DNA of 64,000 nt, taken from contig NC_045697.1 of assembly GCF_009834535.1 (NCBI RefSeq), forward strand, positions 46,254,001 to 46,318,000. The letters are read 5' to 3'. The position numbers were made by a program, and so were the translations under genes. Shown here piece by piece: positions 1 through 14,328 of this stretch. Each line of letters opens with the position of its first letter. The stretch's first letter is position 1. The stretch is from Camelus ferus (Eukaryota). The notes below the pieces were generated by a model. The model was not told the DNA's origin. It saw only the letters and a program-made list of their open reading frames with translations, and made no database searches.

Positions 1-294
1 AGAACTCCAAAGGAAGAAGCACTTCCTAGAAACGAATATTGCATTGACCTAGAATTTATCTTTCCAGGTAGTCTCTCCCTAAATGATCCAATGGGTCAGG
101 GAGGAGTGCTTGAGGACTGAGAAGCACTGACTAAATCCAAAATGACAAATGCAGTAGTGCTGAGCAGACTTGGTGTATCCACTTAGGGAGTTCCATTTAA
201 AAGAAGCCTGGACTATTCAGTGAGACTGATTTTAATTGAGACTCCCTAGCTATACATCTGTATGGTATCAAAATATCTTTTAAAAATGCTTTAA

Positions 295-420
<126 letters not shown>

Positions 421-1970
421 TAGTAGAGACTAATCTGGAAGGAATGATTGATATTTCGAAGTGGTGCTTCAGGTCTCTCAGTGGAATCAAGCAAATGCAC
501 AAACAATTTAGTTCTCTTCGCTAATAGAGGGGAAAGGAGGTATGAGTAATATAAAAGAGCCGATAATCTGAAAATCAATATCATTCATATTGGCTGTGCA
601 ATGTGCAGTGAAACCCAGATCCCTGCCTTAGTTGTGTGTATTTACTGCTTCCCAACTTCCCCCCTCTCTGGTACTATAAGTTGTTCTCCATTTTCTTGTT
701 TAGATGTAATATATTAATCAACTAGGAATTTGAAGAACATTAGGGAGGAGAAAGACACGGACCTATTTGGATATATTACTGGATTGAGCAGACATCCTGT
801 ATCTCCAGTCTTACTCTGAGGTCCACTGATGTTGAATATGTTTACCTTTATAAAAGAACTTGCTTTCAAGTACACAGACACACATACATACACACACATA
901 TATATAAATTCAAATTTATATATAAATTTTTTTTCCCAAATCAATGTTACAGTGTTTCATATGACCATTTCTATGGCCTTTGAATCCATCATTGTGACAA
1001 GTTAGAAGTGGTCATTGACATATTTTGAAGAATAGTTGCTTTCCATAGTGGGAAGGGAGATAATTCTGCTTCATATTTGTATTTACTTCAGTTAGTACAA
1101 AGTATGCAAGATAGTTTTTGCTCAATTCTTGTTGAATAAATGAATGGGTTAATAACATTTGGAAATCAAATTTCTCCAAACTGTAAGTTTAGCAAGAGAG
1201 ATTATTGTACTTTGTTTTGCATAATATGTGGATTTCTGAAAAGTTATGTGTATATGGGTTTTTTTAAATAATGTTTTTCTTTAAAAATGTCAAGAAAGCA
1301 TAATATTTAAAGGGACTCAGGCAGATAACTTATATATAATTCACAGAATTGACATAGCAAATCAATCAAACTTCTGATTTTTTTGTGCTTTAAGTTTTAC
1401 TTTTCCTGGATAGGACATCTCTCTGCAGGTGAGCAGTCCAGCTTACAACCTCAGTCATCTCACTGACACTTCCTTTCATACTTTCCTCTGGGCATCTGGG
1501 TCTCATCGAGGGCCAGAGCAATAGTAGTCCCTAACAACCCGCATATAGCAGCTTTCTATATCCACTTACATAACAGTCCTTGCCTTCTTGAAAAGAAGTT
1601 ATCTCCATTGCCCAGCTTAATTTCCAAAGATACAGCTTTTGATCCAGTCTCTCCATTAGGAGAAAAAAAGAACCGTTTTAACATTTATGGAGTGCATACA
1701 AAGAGAAAAGCATTTCGAGTAATACCAGATGCATAGTGGACTCAGCAATTGTCACCTGCATACACTGTGTCCGGTTTTCTGTTAGGTACTTTACATGTGG
1801 GTTCTCCAGCACTTTGATGAAGGGTAGTCACTGGTCGACAAGGCTGGCATTCTGTGGACGTGCGCGGACAGGGTTTAAATGGTTAATCACAATTAGAGAT
1901 TCTTCCCTTAGCACTGACTCTATCTAACAGGGAAGAAGTTGGAATGGGATAAAGAGGCTTCCATTTCAAG

Positions 1971-2200
1971 AGGCAGCATAATATTGCAGCTAAAAGCTGC
2001 TGAACCAATTTACAAGCGGAATGGTTATGGACAAGTTACTTAACCTCTTCGTGCCTCCTTTTTTTCCACTTATGTAATGATGATGACGATGATGATAGCA
2101 ATACCTTCCTCATAAGGTTGTTGTAAGAACTGAAGTCAGTGAATGTGGAGAATGTAGGAAGAGTCTGGCATATATGTAATTCAAGAGATGAAGGCTTTGT
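1971..2200 (+). mobile_element. MIR SINE
   Basis: Core-like ggacaagttacttaacctcttcgtgcctc...ataccttcctcataaggttgttgtaagaa. Confidence 0.7.
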
Positions 2201-2444
2201 TGTTATTACCTGCAGCTAGGGAATATGTAGTGTTTTAATGAGCAGGGAGGAATTATGCTTCTATAAAGGGATTATTGTCTTGTTAGAAAGGATTTATAAT
2301 ATTCCAGGACGAATTTTAGTAATGCACTTTCAACTTGTTTTATATATAGTTGGCTCCCTTGTCTCTTTTTAAATAGAAATAAGTTCAGTTTTAGTAAATT
2401 GCACTATTTGTGGCTTATTGAATTAGTTTGGGGTGTCAGAAAGT

Positions 2445-2625
2445 ACACTAAGAAGGGCTGGGTCAGAGTTCCAGTTTTGCTACTTATCGATTTAGAGACT
2501 TGGGATAAATCATCAATGCAATGTGTCAGTTTTTATGTCTATAAACTGCAGACATAATCTACCATGTTTTCTTAAAAGAGTTGTGAAGATCAAAAATAAG
2601 ACAATGCATAGAAAAGTATTTTGTG
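2445..2625 (+). mobile_element. MIR SINE (degenerate)
   Basis: gacttgggataaatcatc...cagtttttatgtctataaa...gagttgtgaagatcaaa. Confidence 0.6.
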
Positions 2626-3629
2626 TATCACAGAAAAGTCTCCACTAAAGGATATTATTTCCTGACCCTAGTTGTTCTTTTACTAGTTTTATTTAATTAA
2701 ATTAGTAACTTTTCAAATTTCTATGGTCCTCTGTATTTGGATATAAGGTCACTTTCCATCTGTTACACACTTTCAAGTGTGTGGAAGCCATTTGCATATT
2801 TAGATGCAAGATCACTAAACAAATGTTTTCACAGCTATTGAGGATCCTTCTTTCAAAGCCTAGAAAGGGGAATTCTATGTATGAACTTTCTTGATGTCGT
2901 ATGTCACACTCACAGATGTGAGCAAAGGAAATGCAAAGGTCAAATACAGCAGGTTTCACAATTTTCTTTCTCTTGCTCATAACTCTTCAGCACCTTGGTA
3001 AATATGAGAAGTGCCTCCTTCATGTTTCTCAGAGTGTTGCTAAATATTTTCAGTAGATATGAAGAAAGATTGGAAGGCAGTGTAGAACCACCTCTTCTGT
3101 TAGGGTTTCAGCAGGAAGTACTGGTCAGTACTACGTAGATGCATGAATAGAATAATAAACATGGCAAGAAATGATCAGCTATACATGTTATATACTCATG
3201 ATTTTAAAACTTTATTATTTTGTTATTTTAATTTGAAACACTCTCTTCTTCTCTTGCCCCCGTGAGTTTTATCCTTCGTGTATCTGTTAGTCCATCCACC
3301 TCCCTACCTACCTGCTTTGCCTACCCTATACACAGTGTATTGTTCATTGTGGGCCCTGGGGGTAACACAGGGATGAATAATCTCTCATGTGTGTGAGAGT
3401 AGGGGGTGTACACATACATGTGAACAGCTCAGAGCTCTATATAGGATCAGGTATGGAAAAGTGCCAAGTGTTGGTACAATATGGAAATATCCAGCCTCTC
3501 AATATTAGACAATTTAAATCAGGACTAATTTTAAAGGATATTTTTAGGTATTATGCTGTATAATTGGGGATAGTGAATTATGCTTAGTTCTGTTCAATAT
3601 AATCTTAATGGCATAAAAGTGATTTAATT

Positions 3630-3830
3630 AAAAACATTTAGTGAACAATTATTATGTGCTAGATATTATGCAAAATGTTTTCCAGTCATTACTTCACTTA
3701 ACCCTCATATCAACTCCATGTAATAAATACTGTTATTTCAACTTTACAAATGAGGAAACTGAAGCTAAGAAAGGTAATGTAGTTTATCAAAGGACACAGT
3801 TAGTAAGTGGTGAGTGTATTAGCCAGAATG
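3630..3830 (-). mobile_element. MIR SINE
   Basis: ttaaccctcatatcaac...tttacaaatgaggaaactgaagct...aaggacacagttagtaagtgg. Confidence 0.75.
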
Positions 3831-3884
3831 GTCTCTTAAAGTGTAAAGCAGATGATGCCACTCTCACACTTAGGACAATCTAAT

Positions 3885-4375
3885 GGCTTAGCATAGAAGA
3901 CACACGCTTCCCATTGGCCTTAAAGCTCTACCTGATTGCTCACCCAGTCCTCTCCTACAATATCGTGTGCCACAGTCTCGCCCCCGGCCTTCTTTCCATT
4001 CCCACAACAGGCCAAGCTTGTTTCCACTTCAGGAGTTTTGCTCTTTCTCTGCCCCAGATCTTCCCCTGACTGGCTCAGTCTTGTCACTGAGGCCTCATGC
4101 CATGCACCACGTCCTCTGAGAGGCCCCACTTGTCCATCAAGCCTACAGGAACTCTGCCCCATCCTCCCAGTAATGGCTCACAATACTCTTATTTGGTTAT
4201 CACTTTCTGAAATTGTTTAATTAATTAATTGGTTTATTTTATCTCTGTAACCCTAGTGCAGACTGCATGAGAGCAGAGGGGTCTTCTTTGTCTTATTCAC
4301 CCATGTATCTAATACCTAGAACAGAGCTTGGCACACAATAGATACTCAGTGAGTATTTGTTAACGAATGATTGAG
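3885..4375 (+). mobile_element. L2 LINE 3' end
   Basis: Ends cctagaacagagcttggcacacaatagatactcagtgagtatttgttaacgaatgattga, a typical L2 terminus. Confidence 0.7.
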
Positions 4376-4909
4376 TTGGTCTGACTCTAGAACCTGAGTT
4401 ATTAACTTCTATCATGTACTTTCTCTCCTTGAGAAATAAGTGATGACTTACATTTGTTGATTTTCTCATTCCTATTGTTACAGATCAGTTATAAACATTT
4501 TCAGCTCTCTTTTCAATACCTTTGTCCCCAAATTGAAAAAGTCATAATTATTTGACCTGAAAATAATAATCAATTACTTAGGAAAAAAATATTTCTTAGG
4601 CAAATTTGTAGGAATTTAAAGAGAAGTCAATTGATTAAATTTACATTGAAAAGTATAAATAATATACACATTTCTCGTATTTGAAAGGATTTCTCCTAAT
4701 TCTTTTAAATCTGAATTAAAATTTATTTGTGATAAAACAGTTTTTTATAAGAATTGTTAATCTGTAAAGTAGTTCATTCATTTTGCATGGAAACTTTCAG
4801 TATCTAAAAGTTTTGAAGGTTCCTATCAGCAATTCTACTGTTTAGGACTACATCCTACTAATATACTAGCACCACTGGGCAAAGATAAGTCTGTGCAAAA
4901 TTAAACACG

Positions 4910-5310
4910 GCAGCATTGTTCATAATAATGAAAATTGTATTAAATTTAAATGCTCATTATTAAATCAGAGTGTATTCATAGAGTGAGATGCTATACAGTC
5001 ATGAAAAGAATTGGAAAATCCACATATGTCATGAAAAATTATCTAATATACTAATTGAGAAAAGCAAGTTTCAGAACATTCTGTTAAGGGTGATAAATAA
5101 AAATGGTGAAAACATTTTAACTGTTTTTATGGTGTGTGTGTGAGAATAAATGCATGGAAAAAGGTCTGGAAGATGGGCAACAAATTGCTAATAACAATAT
5201 GGTCTTAGCAGGGAGATTCAAGGTGGGGAGAGCCTTCCTGGTTTTCCATACCTCTGGGTTGTTCAGTTTTATTTCAACAATAATGTATTATTTGTAAAAG
5301 AAAAAAATTA
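4910..5310 (+). mobile_element. Old L1 (L1ME-like) 3' fragment
   Basis: gcagcattgttcataataatgaaaattg...ctatacagtcatgaaaagaa...gaaaagcaagtttcagaac. Confidence 0.55.
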
Positions 5311-5469
5311 AACAAATGTTGAAATTAAAAAGAAATGTTACTGACTTCTTTTGTAGCCAGAGATAACTATCTTGCAATAAGAATGGAATTACAGGGCTAA
5401 AAAGAGTAGAAAGTAGAGCATATCCAGCTGTTACCTTGGAGGGTCCTACACGCTCCTTGTTAAGTGAAA

Positions 5470-5855
5470 GCGCCAGGACTGGGCCTTGGGTCGGAGGGAC
5501 ATAGCAGCTGTATACAAGCCGTGTGACTCTGGACAAGTCACTTCCTCTCTTGCTGCCCAGTCTCCATGTGTGTTAAAAGGAGCTAATCATGCCCACCAGA
5601 TTGCAGGGTAGGGATGGTTACATGCATATAGTGATGCGTAGGCCTAACTGATGACAGCGTGGGAAGGAGGCTGCGGTTGAAATGGGATTTGGGGTGGACC
5701 CCATCATCACCATTTTCATCATTGCGTGCCAGAACTCTAACAGAAATTTAGAGAAGTTGAGTGACTTTGCCCAAAGTGACTCAGCTGAGGAGTTAGAGCC
5801 AGGATTCAGGCCCAGTTCTGACTCCTGTGCGTGAGCACTTAACCGCTGCACTGCC
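5470..5855. mobile_element. Two MIR fragments in opposite orientation (+ at ~5470-5620, - at ~5700-5855)
   Basis: gtgtgactctggacaagtcacttcctctc on +; agagaagttgagtgactttgcccaaagtgactcagct...ccaggattc reads as an antisense MIR. Confidence 0.6.
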
Positions 5856-7246
5856 TCTGGCTCGCTGTTCCTCTTCTCCAGTTTTCACAATTAGTCAGAA
5901 TTTGTCATTCTTCAAAGACACCCTCTAAGTGTATTCTGTTCTCTTACAGACCAGTGACATGGTGAGAGGCACTGACTCTAGTTACTGTTGTTGTTTTTGT
6001 TTTTATTTTGATTCTATTAGGGAAGTAATTACTCCTGTTTAGAAGACTCAGCTTTGGCTACACATTGTGCTAATCCTGAGAAGTCTGGGCATGGCAGCAA
6101 CTCAGATTCTAGCTGTGGATATGTGAATAGTTACTTCAGTGAAGTCCCACATCTGCTTTATGAGTATGTTCTAGAAAATTAAATACATTGTCACTGATGC
6201 CTGGGAGACAGACCTGGCCCACTGAAGTGGCAAAACACGAAGGTCACTTCCTCCTCGCACTGACTGGGAAAATGGTGTAAAAATATACAAAACGCAGTAG
6301 ATACGAACTTGAGGCGTTAGCTGTGTACCACACTTTGCTAGGTGTAGACTAAATTGGAGAAAACCTTTCCTCAAAACCCAGATCATGCGGAGCATTTTGT
6401 AGGCAGATATTTTTGAACCATTTGTTACTTTGGATTCACTGGTCTGGGTTCTGGACCACAGAGACCTTGGCATATATTGGTCTTAGAGTGGCATGTTAAA
6501 GAAACCATAAGCAAGTTTTTATATGAAGTACAAGTTATTGAGATAATAGAGTGTATTAGCAGTGTTTGTGTCTGGAAAATCATCTTTCCCTCTTTTGAAA
6601 CCTTTAAAAAATTTTTAAGTTGAGGAACTTGTATGGAACATTTTTTTTTCAATTTGTCTTTCATGCAGTATGTTGTGCATAGCAGTATATAATAGCACAA
6701 TTAAATAGATAGCTAGGCTGGGTATATTTGAATGCATGAACAGATTTTCCTTTATATAATTTTTTTCTAATTTTGTCAGACTGATTAATATTGTGATTTG
6801 TTAATGGAAGGAGACAATAAAAGTAGTAGATGAAGTTCATTGAGCACATACTATGTGTATCAGACATTTTGCTAAATGCTTTATATATGTAATTGCTCAG
6901 GTAAAGTACAATGCTAAGTGGATTATAAATCATTAGTAATTTTGTACAGACATCAATAACATCCTGAGAACATTGTTTTGTTTCATATTCTACTCACTTT
7001 ACTAAGTTTTATCTTCTAAAATAAACATTTAATGATGTTATGTAACTGGCTAATCATTATAAAATTCTTGTGTACTCCTGCATTTTGTTTACAGTTTTTT
7101 TATTGCAAGAACTAATGTCCCTGGCTAACGATCTCTTGAGAATAAAGAACAGAACTGACCTATGATGTAAATACCTGTAACATTTATTCTTATGCCGTTA
7201 CCTAAATTGGCATGTGGTAGCATAGACAAACGAAGCTTTTTGCTTT

Positions 7247-8439
7247 TGTGGTAGACTGTTATTCTGCAGCCTCCAATGAAGCACCAACTACATAGATACC
7301 CATGTATATTACATACATGTGTATATAATTATATAAATGTAATATGTATAATATATATATCATATATGTATGTAAAATCAATATTTTTTTAGACATATAA
7401 TTTTAAAAATCTGGGCTGGGCCATGGCTTTCTTTAACCAGTAGAATGCAGCAGACATAACCATTAAACTGAGCCTCCGATTACAATTTGCTCACTGCCCT
7501 TCCAGGCTTTATTATGAGTCTCCTCAAGGTCCTACTCCTTTAGCTCCTACCCTAGTCCCGATGCCTATTTTGGTTATCTATTTCTGCATCATTAATTACC
7601 CCCAAATTAGGGGTATAAATAGAATGTATTGTTTCTCACAATACTGTGCTTTGAACGGGCAGCTCTTAGGCTTCCTGGGTTGTCAACCAGGAAGCTGGGA
7701 TGGCTAGAAGAGTTGAAATGACCTCACTCACACGGTTGGCAAGTTGGGGCTGGTGTTGGTGCTGGCCCCAGCTAGTGTCTTGGGGCTCAGCTGGGACTGT
7801 TGACCAGAGTCTTTGTTCTCCTCTGTGTGGCTCTTTGCACATGGCTGGGTTGGGCTTCCCCCCCCTAACTGTGATCTCAGGTAGTCTAAGTTTTTATGTG
7901 GCAGCTAGCTCCCAAGGGCACAAAGAGGAAACTCCCTTGCCTTTTTAAGGTTTAGACCTGCAACTGGCACAGTGATCGTGAAAAACACCCCCAAACTTAG
8001 TGTTTCAAACAGCAAGTTTGTTGTCGCTCATGATTCTGTGGGCCAGTGGCTCGGCTCGGGGCTTTCTCTGCCCCACTTGATGTCACCTGGTGCTGTAGTC
8101 ACAGCGGCTGGCCGTAGATCCTGGGGCTCAGCTAGAGCTGTTTAGTGGAATAACTTGGTTCTCCTCCGTGTGATCTCTGCACGGGGCACAGGCTTCTCAC
8201 AGCATGATGACTGGGTTCTGAGAGAGCACGCCAAGAGCAAGAATTGTAAGAGTAAGGAAGCAAAGTCTCCAGTTCTCTTAGGGGTTGAACTCATATCTAA
8301 GAACATTATTTCTGCCTGATTCTATTGCCACACAGTAATTCAAGGGGATAGGGGATAAATTCTGTCTCTTGATGGGAGAGGGGCACATAGAGAGTGGGAA
8401 GGAATTGACAGAGGCCATATTTAGAGATTATCTACCATA
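7247..8439. mobile_element. Cluster of old MaLR LTR (MLT1-type) pieces: + fragment ~7247-7460, then two - copies at ~7575-7975 and ~7980-8439
   Basis: tgtggtagac start; two repeats of (a)cccccaaa(c)ttag...tggggctcagct...ttctcctc(t/c)gtgtg; ends tctaccata. Confidence 0.65.
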
Positions 8440-9781
8440 GTTTATATGAAAGGAATAATGAAATCCCAAAGATGAATTTCAGAAATAAACACACCAGCTT
8501 AGAGGGAAAAAAAACTTGTATATAACCAAAGTAACAAATTAGACTGGTAATTCTGGCAATATTCTTCAGATTCTCATGTAACCCATAACCCATATCAGTA
8601 AATTTTGAATAAGTATCCTTTACTTTTATTATTTATTTTTAGCCTCTCCCTCTCATCCCTCTAATTCATTTGTATAAATTAAAACTATTTCTTTATTAAC
8701 AACATTTATACATTTGCTTTTACTTTTATTATTTTAACATTACCATTATTTCCTTGAGTTAGGTTGGAATAGATCTTGATACATTTCCTTTACCTCCATG
8801 ATTTTGAATAGTGTTATTGTATTCAAACTCTCAAGGACTTAAGAACAATATGTAGAAATACTTTGCTAGTACAATATGAGAGTCAAAATTTCATTTATTA
8901 GAAATGACTACAGTTTTCCTAAAATATATATATTTTTAATTGGGGCACTACTCATATCCTTTCTCCTGTCTCTCTCCTTTAATATCCTCTAATTTGTCTT
9001 CTGTCCAGGCACTCACTACCTTCTGAATTCTCAGTGCTGCCAAATAACATTATATTATAAACATCATAGTAGGCACCTAATAAATATTTGTAGAGTGAGT
9101 GAGTCCAAACTCCACTGGAACAGGCATTCTTATTTACTTTTATGACTATAGAAACCGAGCTCCAGGAAACCGCCCAAGTGCTGGTGGTTACACAGTTTAA
9201 CAGTTGCAGAGTCAAAGTCTCGGTTCATCTTTTATTTGCTCCAACCCCTGAGTCTTCCTACCTTATCCTCTGTCTTTCCATGTAATTCCTTTCTAGGGCC
9301 TTCTCCTCACCAAAGCTTCAGTATAACACTTTCTTTCCTCTTTTCTCTTTCCCTTTCTCTCCTCCTTTCTGGTCTCTGTATCAAAATTTTTCAACCCTCA
9401 ATTTGCCGAGTGAGCTCTCTTTGGAATCAAGAAGAAAGTAAACTGGGTGAACAAAATCCTACTAACGGGGGAATGACCAGTACCAGCGGTAACAACGACA
9501 GTAGCGACAGCTAACTCAGTGCTTGTTATGTGCCGTCTTGTCCACACAGTGGGCCATGGGGTAGGTATTTTCATCCTTGTTTTGTAGATGAGAAAATGAG
9601 ATAGGGCTTGAAATTAATTTATGTTCTCTCTGACGATAAGCCGTACCATCCCAGAAACTGTATTTTACAGTTTAAAAGATTATCCTAGTCACCCTAAAAA
9701 CCCTTTCGATAGAAAAATTGACAAATTAGGTGAGGAAGAGAGCATTCCAACCACGTGCAAGGTCTGTAAATTAGACTTGAT

Positions 9782-9959
9782 TAGAGGTTTTTAGTTCTGG
9801 CTGCACATTAGAATATCCTGGGGAATTTCCAAAAAGTTCCCTGACCCATTGCACACCAAGTAAATTAGAATCTCTTCAGTTAGAGTCCAGAAGAACTTTT
9901 CTTTTTTTTTTTTTAAGCCCCTCAGGTGGTTCCAGTGTGCGGCCAAGGTGGAGTACTAC
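9782..9959. mobile_element. MER5A-like hAT-Charlie DNA transposon
   Basis: ggctgcacattagaatatcctggggaa...aattagaatctct...ctcaggtggttccagtgtgcggccaaggtggag. Confidence 0.75.
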
Positions 9960-12900
9960 ACAGCATCTGCAGAGATGTGTGTGAGAGTAGCCAGGGGCTA
10001 AGCGTGAGTCGTTCTCCTGTCACCGCGTAGGATCACGGTATTCACAAGCAGGGGGTGCTCAGCAGATGTGTGTAGGTAATCTACACACATCCAGACTGAT
10101 TGAAATATGGGAAGAGCTTTGAAATCTGGAAAGTTAGGATGAAAAGTTTAAGTACTGTACAGATGTATAAATGTACATCCTTAGTCACAAGCAGAAAGTA
10201 CTTAAAATAATGCCTTAATTATGCTAGTTGGGCAAGTCAGAATTTGCTGCTAACCATTTTTCATGCCATTGTTTATAAAATGTATCTTTATCTTAGCTAT
10301 GACATCATGCGCACCTTCCATGATCCCAAATGTCCTACGGATGGAGAAAAGCCATTGCTGTCGTGCCATGTATGGTAGTTGTAGTTGCCTTGTTTCCTGC
10401 CCTTCTCATCTCTTGTCTTCTTATCCTTCTTCTGCCCTTTTTCTTTCTTCCTTTCCCTACCCAGAAGAGATAATTGAGAGATACTAACAGAGCTGAAAGT
10501 ATTCATTTCATAGATGAAAACAAAATGAGTCAGTGTGTTTTTGCCTCCTCCCCTGACCCCTTCATTCTGTCTTTTCAATCAATATAATTATAAAAACAAG
10601 AAGAAAGAGTTGATTATAGATTTTGGTTCCCTGGTGCTCAACAGCAACAACAACAGCAAAAGCAGACGTTTCATATCCCAGTTTATTTGTATAAATTCTG
10701 CCTCTTTTCCAGAAAGTATTTGAAGCTACACAGAATATAATAACATTACAGAAAATTATTAACATATAAAAAGAAAGGTTGAGCTCTTTGAAAAGAGAAT
10801 GTAGCAGTGTGATCACCATATGAACTTATAGAATTTTCTGAATGAGTGAGAAATGTACTGTGGGGTTCCCGATTGTCAGGGCAAGAAAGAGTTTACAGAG
10901 TTGTAGCGAGCACAAGGAGGAAGTGTCTGGTGATTACTCAGGCGTGGCCAAGGAGCTTCTGCCTTGTGACCTCATAGGGGACTTTGTGTATCATGACAGC
11001 AGCATCCTTGACTACAGCTTCACAACAAATACCAAAGTAGTTCCAGGATTGCTCTGCCTTGTAGTTGAAGACATAACGTTAAAGCCAAACTCAGTAAAGC
11101 TGATCTTCTAAGATGTTGTTGGATTTGAGCTGATTTTTATAACAGAGACAATTTTTCCTCATTTATTTTCTATCATTTTACCCCATGAGTTATATGTTTA
11201 ACCTACTACATAATTCTGTTTTCCTCTAGTTAACCATTTACTAACAGAGAAGTTTAGAACTTATTTTTAGTTGCTTGGGGCCCTTCAAAGGCCTGAGATC
11301 TGCCCTGTCTTGTTTTGGTTTCCATTTTTTCCCCCGAAGTGACCCTTGTTAATGGAGGAGAGGCTGATAGATTACGTAGTTACCTTGGAAAGTGAGCAAC
11401 CAGGACTCACATGTGTTGATGTTAATGGTTATGGGCAAGGAACACTTTTCCTTCTATGACTGTGTCGCTTCAAAAGTAATGATGCATCAGAGCAATTTAG
11501 AATATTATGGTGGCAGGTATGGGCAGAAAAGAGGTGCTCTGTTCTTCCAGTGAGATAAGCTAGCAGAGCCCTACCCTCCCAAAGACTCTGAATCCCACAT
11601 TTGGCCAGGCTTTCAGCTTAGAGTCTCCTGCTGGTGTTGTCTGGTCTTCAGAAGTAATGGTGAGCTGAATCTGAACTGAACTGAGAAGGCAATTTTTACC
11701 ATGCAAAATCTGTTTATGTAAAGTTGAATTTCAGTTGTCTTTTTCATTTCTCTTTTGGCAGCAAACATTAATGCTTGAGGACACGCTGCCACTCATTTCT
11801 GGGAAGCATCAAATATTTGGTTTTTATCTACACTCAGACAGAATTAGTTTCAAGTCGTTTCTGTAGGTATTAAAACATAAATATTTAGATAAAACAAGTT
11901 TATAAATTATGTAATTTACTCCATCATCTGTGGAATGATGAATTTTTTTCCTATGGAGATTGAAAAATGTATTGAACACTTACTTTGTAAAAGGCCTTAT
12001 CATCACTAATAAGTGCAAAGTTGGGGGTTACATTATAGATAATAGACATGGTGATAGGGCACCGTAAACTTTCAGTCTGGTTGAGAAGTGAAAATATTAA
12101 ATTAAGTTAGTAAAATTATTTTAAAGTAGAATGTCATTGAGAAACAGAATTATTCGTTGTAGTAAAAGTTGAGTATGGATACGGTTGGGGCACCTTAGAA
12201 AAAAAGAGTAAACTGAAGTTAAAGTTAGGTTCAGAATAGGTAGATTTTATACCAAGTATTGAAAGGGAAAATCAACATGGATTGGTAGAGATGACTGAAT
12301 TAGGAAGGAGGAAGATTAGGAACATATTTTGAAAGTTGTCTTGTGTTTCTTTCTGGCAACTTCTTGAGATGGAGAACTTGTCTGATAATCATTTTCATTA
12401 CAATATTAAAATATAAGCATTATGTTACTTTTAAAATGTGAATGAGGCTCTGATTAATGACTCATTTATTTCAAGTATTTGAAACACAACTTCACAGCAT
12501 GACAAAATAAATTTTTTGCTATATTTGACATTTGTTTTAATATGTGCATATATATGTGTGCATATACATATATATAAATTCTGTAATTTTGTGTGTGATC
12601 CCAGTACGTTTCTTGACGTTCAGATAATATATTTTTTATAATTAATCTTTCATCTCTCATCTTCAGTAGTGTGGGTGCTCTTCGTGTTTTATTTAAAACA
12701 TTATACTTCAGTTTACCATTTCAAGACTTTTTTATTTAGAAAGGTATATTTTTACTTCTATTTAAAAACTAAAATTCTGAAAATAATATATTCAGATCTC
12801 TTTGTTCTGTTAAATTTAAAATTTTAGAAAGAAAATTTGAGTTTGTTTTAGATTGTTTTTGCAACATTGTTGTATTTATCTCAAGATTCTTGTGGTTTCT

Positions 12901-13754
12901 TTATTTTTAAAGGGGTCTCTAGAAACTGTATTTAAAAAACCTGAAAAATGAGTCTTTTACTTACACACACAAAATAACTCATAATATTGTAGTTATACTT
13001 CTTTAGACAAATTCCATTGAGATAACTAATTAGTGACGATGAAAAAGATTTTTTTATGGTTTTCCTTTATTTTGTCTCTCTCAAGAATCCATTATCATCC
13101 ATCCATCCATCCAGTCATTTATTCTCCCATTTGTTCATCATATATGTATTAAGTATCTACAATATTCAAGAGAATGAGCTGGGGTTTGGATGGGTGAGAA
13201 AGTGCCATGAACGTGACTAGCTCATCAGAATTCTGACTCTGGTAGACAAAAGTAGGAAATATTCTTTTCCATAAGTATGGGTTCAGTAATGTGCTTTTAG
13301 GAATTTTCAGGTGACAAAGAAAATTTCCAGCTTCTAGGGAGGTGGGATGAGATGAGTGCTTCAGAAATATTTTTTCACTTAAGCTGACTCACTCAATCCT
13401 TGTTTGGTTTTTTTTTTTTTTTTTTTTTGGATGAAGGAAAATGTTTTACTCCTTAGCATTTAGTAAAACAAATATGATAGAAATCTGTTGTCATATCAAA
13501 ATGCCTAGAATATGCCTGGATTTTTCAAGACATTTCATATTGTCAGTACTTTTATTTTTCGCAGTTCAAATACAGATATTACTAAATACTCCTTAACATG
13601 ACAGAGAGTGTGAGGCGCTATCTGCCCTCAAAGCCCAAGTTTTTTCCTTTACTAAAGAAGCCTTACTTGCAAAACTGCCACTTTTTTGGAGAAGTGTTTA
13701 TTGTGATCTTTGCTTGTTTTTCTTTTGCTTCATTTTTTAATATATTATTTTCAG

Positions 13755-13836
13755 GGGCAAAATCAGTGAAGGCTTGGACAATTTAAAACGTGTTAGTCCT
13801 GTGGGAGAGACATACATCCATGAAGGACTAAAGCTG
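13755..13836 (+). CDS. ANTXR2: ANTXR2 exon 4: (R)[27 protein letters not shown], includes MIDAS Thr (T118) and Y119/H121
   Basis: ttttcag acceptor, CTG|gtaagt donor, 82 nt; phase continues exon 3 (AG+G = Arg). Confidence 0.97.
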
Positions 13837-14328
13837 GTAAGTTCTTTTACATTTATGAGTATAGGAGAGAATATTGTCTTACTCTGTAATGAAATAAATA
13901 TACCCCTCTAGAAAAACTCAAAGACCCTATTACATGTTTATCTTAAAATTTAAAAAAAATGCTCTTAGTTGTTCTAGGAATGAGACTGACAGGAAACATT
14001 TACTGCAGTGATAAGAAAAGTTTTGATAGCATTTTGCCTTTTAAGGAAATTCCCCTTTTCTCTGCAGCTATATTCAGAGAACCACATTTTCTCTGTGATT
14101 ATGGTCGACCAAGACTTAAAAGCCTGTATCATTTAAACCAAATAGTTACTGTTCTAGAATGTCAATATATGTATATTTCAAATTAAAATAGTTAACACAA
14201 AATACCCTGTTTTAAAAGCCAGTCCAATGTATTTTGACTTTGCTAGACTTACAAATTCAGCTTGGTGGAACATGCTGGTTATAAGTTTAGATTAACTTGT
14301 GAGTTGGACAATTATTCTTCCTTTTCAG

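Noticed and set aside
895..930. AT-rich hairpin atatataaat-tcaa-atttatatat
   Set aside because: Low-complexity extension of a CA/TA microsatellite.
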